Source: Candidatus Bathyarchaeota archaeon
Lineage (GTDB): Archaea; Thermoproteota; Bathyarchaeia; Bathyarchaeales; Bathycorpusculaceae
Assembly: GCA_963733095.1 (NCBI GenBank)
Contig: CAVTBV010000001.1
Location: 157,951 to 221,950, forward strand
Direction of reading: 5' to 3'
DNA length: 64,000 nt
Shown: one piece after another, positions 61,281 to 64,000 of the stretch
Position numbering within the stretch: the first letter of the stretch is position 1
Layout: the number at the start of each line of letters is the position of its first letter
Made by a program: the position numbers and the translations under genes
The notes under the pieces: generated by a model
What the model was told of the DNA's origin: nothing
The model's database searches: none
What the model saw: only the letters and a program-made list of their open reading frames with translations

Positions 61281-62374
61281 GAAAGAATGTTGCATTGCTG
61301 GTTGTTCTCGTCTTCTTGGCAACTTCATGTTTAACTATAAATTTGCCCGTGAAGGCAGAATCTAAAACAATCACTGTACCAGACGACTCCCACACTATTC
61401 AAGAAGCCATCAACGCTGCCGACGCAGGAGACACAATACTCGTTAAGAGAGGCACTTATGTGGAAAATCCAGTAGTCAACAAATCGGTTTCATTGGTTGG
61501 GGAAGATAGGGATGCAACTGTAATTGATGTGACAGCAGGTTTGAAGGTAGAAAGCGATAATGTAACCATAACAGGCTTGACCATTTATGATGGTTGGCAA
61601 GGAATAACAGTATCTGCAAACAACTCAAAAATTTCAGGAAACAAGATAACAAATTGTCAATACGGCATAGTATTACTCCATTCACAAAATAGCACTATAA
61701 CAGAAAATATACTCCGATCAATCGGACTTTCGGCAGCTATTCAGTTGAGCTACTCAAATAACAATTTGATTAAGAATAATCATATCGAATCGTGCACCGA
61801 GGGAATTCAGCTTAGAGCAGGCAGTTCCAATAATATGGTTATAGAAAACATCATAACAAGCTGTCAAGATGTAGCTATCCGATTGTTAGCGGAATACTCT
61901 CCCCCAAGATGGTACAATCCAAACGGCAACACAATAATGCGAAATAACATTTCAAATTCAGGTTGTGGAACAACTATTTACGGTTCAAGCAACAATATAA
62001 TATCTAATAACAATTATGTTAACAATACCATCCAGTTTTCGACTAATGAAGATTATTATCTTACATGGGGTGGCAGCCGTTCTATTAACACTATTGACCG
62101 AAATTATTGGAGTGACTACAACGGAACAGACGCTAATATGGACGGCATCGGTGATAGCCCTTACATCATAGATGCATACAGCCAAGATAATAACCCACTT
62201 ATGTTGCCAATTTCAGTTACAATGCCCAATTTTGGACCAACTTCATCTCCAACTCCTTCACCTTCAATCCCAGAGCTTCAGTCATGGACAACTCTATTGC
62301 TGCTTAGCACATTAGTGGCAACTGCTGGTTTGTCAATCTACTTCAAGAAAAGCAAACGTGAGGTTAAATCCTGA
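61277..62374 (+). CDS. NosD-like right-handed beta-helix surface protein
   Basis: TITVPDD..TIQEAINAA..GDTI, Asn-rich repeats, NYWSDYNG.D..DGIGD.PY, IPEL + TM + basic tail. Confidence 0.9.
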   Translation: MRKNVALLVVLVFLATSCLTINLPVKAESKTITVPDDSHTIQEAINAADAGDTILVKRGTYVENPVVNKSVSLVGEDRDATVIDVTAGLKVESDNVTITGLTIYDGWQGITVSANNSKISGNKITNCQYGIVLLHSQNSTITENILRSIGLSAAIQLSYSNNNLIKNNHIESCTEGIQLRAGSSNNMVIENIITSCQDVAIRLLAEYSPPRWYNPNGNTIMRNNISNSGCGTTIYGSSNNIISNNNYVNNTIQFSTNEDYYLTWGGSRSINTIDRNYWSDYNGTDANMDGIGDSPYIIDAYSQDNNPLMLPISVTMPNFGPTSSPTPSPSIPELQSWTTLLLLSTLVATAGLSIYFKKSKREVKS

Positions 62375-63967
62375 ATGAAGAAACCATCATTAGCACTATC
62401 AATAGTTCTTATGGTTCTCTTAGCTTCGATCTTGATCTTAACTTCACCTGTTAAAGCCCAAGAATCAGTTAGTCTCACAATTAAGCCTGATGGAAGTGTT
62501 GAACCGACCACAAACTTGCTTGAAGGAAACGGAAACACATACACCTTTAACGGAGACATTTTCGGTACCATTTGGGTTCAAACCAATAATATTGTAATCG
62601 ACGGTGCAGGGCATACTCTTCAAGCAAATGGCGATACCTTGGTTGGAATAAACATTGAAGGGAGAAGTAACGTTACAGTGAGAAACGTAGTAATTCAAGG
62701 ATTTTTGGGAAGAGCCGGCATTCTCGTTACTGGTTCTAATTACTGTATAGTCTCTAAAAATAATCTTGAAGGAAACCTCATTGGCGTCGAAATATCTGGA
62801 TTGTCTTCCAACAACAGAATCGTTGAAAACAACTTGCTAAATAACACTTCGGGAATTGAACTGGAGAGCGCAGTCGCCGGTTCGAACAACATCATTTCAG
62901 GGAATGCCGTTGCAAACAATGACGTAGGAATCACACTAACATATTTCACTAACACCAATGTTTTTGGAAACACGTTAACGGATAACAAGGAAGGCTTTTT
63001 TGTTGGTGGGGGCGGCGGCAGTGTTTTAAGAAATAATACTCTGAACGGCAACACCTACGGCTTCCACGTCTTTAATGTTCAAGGCATTACTGCCCTCGAA
63101 GGCGTCGATGTGGACACTTCAAACAAGGTGAATGGTAAGCCAATCTATTATTGGGTCAACCAGCATGACCGGTCCATTCCTATCGACGCTGGTTACGTTG
63201 CCCTTATATGTTGTACAAACATAACTGTCTCAAACCTAAAGCTGTCTGGCAACGCTGAAGGCGTTTACTTGGGTTCGACTGAGAACTCGACAATAATTAA
63301 TAATGTGTTCTCAAACAATCTTTTTGGCGTCAGTTTAGATGCATCTAATAACAACACAATTAGCAAAAATATAATTTCAAATAACGAAAATGGCATCGGT
63401 TTGGGCGCTGGACTAGGCGGTTTTTCCGCGAACAACGTCATTGACTTAAATGTGATAACAGGAAACGGCAACGGCGTCTACTTTGGTGCAGCAGCTTCAA
63501 ACATCGTAACTAGAAATAACGTAACTAACAGCGCCATTGGCATCTACACTGAATATAGCGGAGTCAACATTCTTTACAACAACAATTTCATAAACAACAC
63601 AAAGCAGTGGTTCGACATTGTTCTTCAGCCTTTTCCTAATGTCCTCCCAATATCGGTCAACACATGGGATAATGGCACAGCAGGGAACTACTGGAGCGAC
63701 TATCTAACAAAGTATCCGAACGCCACAGAAATTAACGCCTCAGGAATAGGTGACACACCCTACGTAATTTACAAAAACAATACAGACCGTTTTCCGCTCA
63801 CGGAACCCCTATTAATTCCAGAAATCACAATCCCAGAGTTTCCATCATGGACAATTCTGATGATAGTTACTGTAATGGCTATGGGTGCTGGTTTGTTGGT
63901 TTTCTTCAAGAAACACAAACACTTGAGAAAACTCACTTTTTATGAAGAACATCGAAAAGGTTCTTGA
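62375..63967 (+). CDS. NosD-like right-handed beta-helix surface protein with PEF-CTERM-like signal
   Basis: TIKPDGSVEP, VDTSNKVNGKPIYYW, GNYWSDY..GIGDTPY, IPEFPSW + TM + KKHK. Confidence 0.9.
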   Translation: MKKPSLALSIVLMVLLASILILTSPVKAQESVSLTIKPDGSVEPTTNLLEGNGNTYTFNGDIFGTIWVQTNNIVIDGAGHTLQANGDTLVGINIEGRSNVTVRNVVIQGFLGRAGILVTGSNYCIVSKNNLEGNLIGVEISGLSSNNRIVENNLLNNTSGIELESAVAGSNNIISGNAVANNDVGITLTYFTNTNVFGNTLTDNKEGFFVGGGGGSVLRNNTLNGNTYGFHVFNVQGITALEGVDVDTSNKVNGKPIYYWVNQHDRSIPIDAGYVALICCTNITVSNLKLSGNAEGVYLGSTENSTIINNVFSNNLFGVSLDASNNNTISKNIISNNENGIGLGAGLGGFSANNVIDLNVITGNGNGVYFGAAASNIVTRNNVTNSAIGIYTEYSGVNILYNNNFINNTKQWFDIVLQPFPNVLPISVNTWDNGTAGNYWSDYLTKYPNATEINASGIGDTPYVIYKNNTDRFPLTEPLLIPEITIPEFPSWTILMIVTVMAMGAGLLVFFKKHKHLRKLTFYEEHRKGS

Positions 63968-64000
63968 AATAGAAGGATTCGCTTAAATATTTAAGCGAGT

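Noticed and set aside
327-63471. Numerous 60-140-aa ORFs antisense or out of frame within called genes
   Set aside because: Shadow ORFs of well-supported genes, with no motifs of their own.
22381-64000. attR duplicates of the tRNA-Gly or tRNA-Arg 3' ends, integrase or transposase
   Set aside because: None seen, so no intact mobile element is called.

Overview
Archaeal chromosomal segment, most consistent with Bathyarchaeia (archaeal histone, S25e, S17e, tetraether synthase, archease/RtcB, EndoQ, DUF5752 proteins, NosD-like surface proteins with PEF-CTERM-like tails); the taxon is inferred from gene content only. Layout: (1) 1-20.5 kb housekeeping and envelope genes; (2) ~20.6-36 kb AT-richer accessory region around tRNA-Gly(TCC), with decayed genes (Mrr N-terminus, beta-CASP fragment), a complete type I-B CRISPR-Cas locus in the order cas6-1-2-4-8b-7-5-3 and an array of 30 full 37-nt repeats; (3) 36-57.8 kb cyclophilins, TldD/E, EndoQ, HypA with an ATPase-type HypB, and a glycogen/gluconeogenesis neighbourhood (GH57-DUF5752, three GT4 paralogues, pgk, class I gap, wHTH-DUF5752, glpX coupled to a DUF2090 aldolase-like gene); (4) tRNA-Arg(CCG) followed by a pseudogene and three surface-protein genes. 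Best leads: a DUF2090/GlpX pair as a candidate non-canonical FBP aldolase/phosphatase route, a DUF5752 module shared by an amylase and a transcription factor, and a co-oriented dispersed ~65-bp intergenic element. All protein calls come from motif recognition, not database searches.
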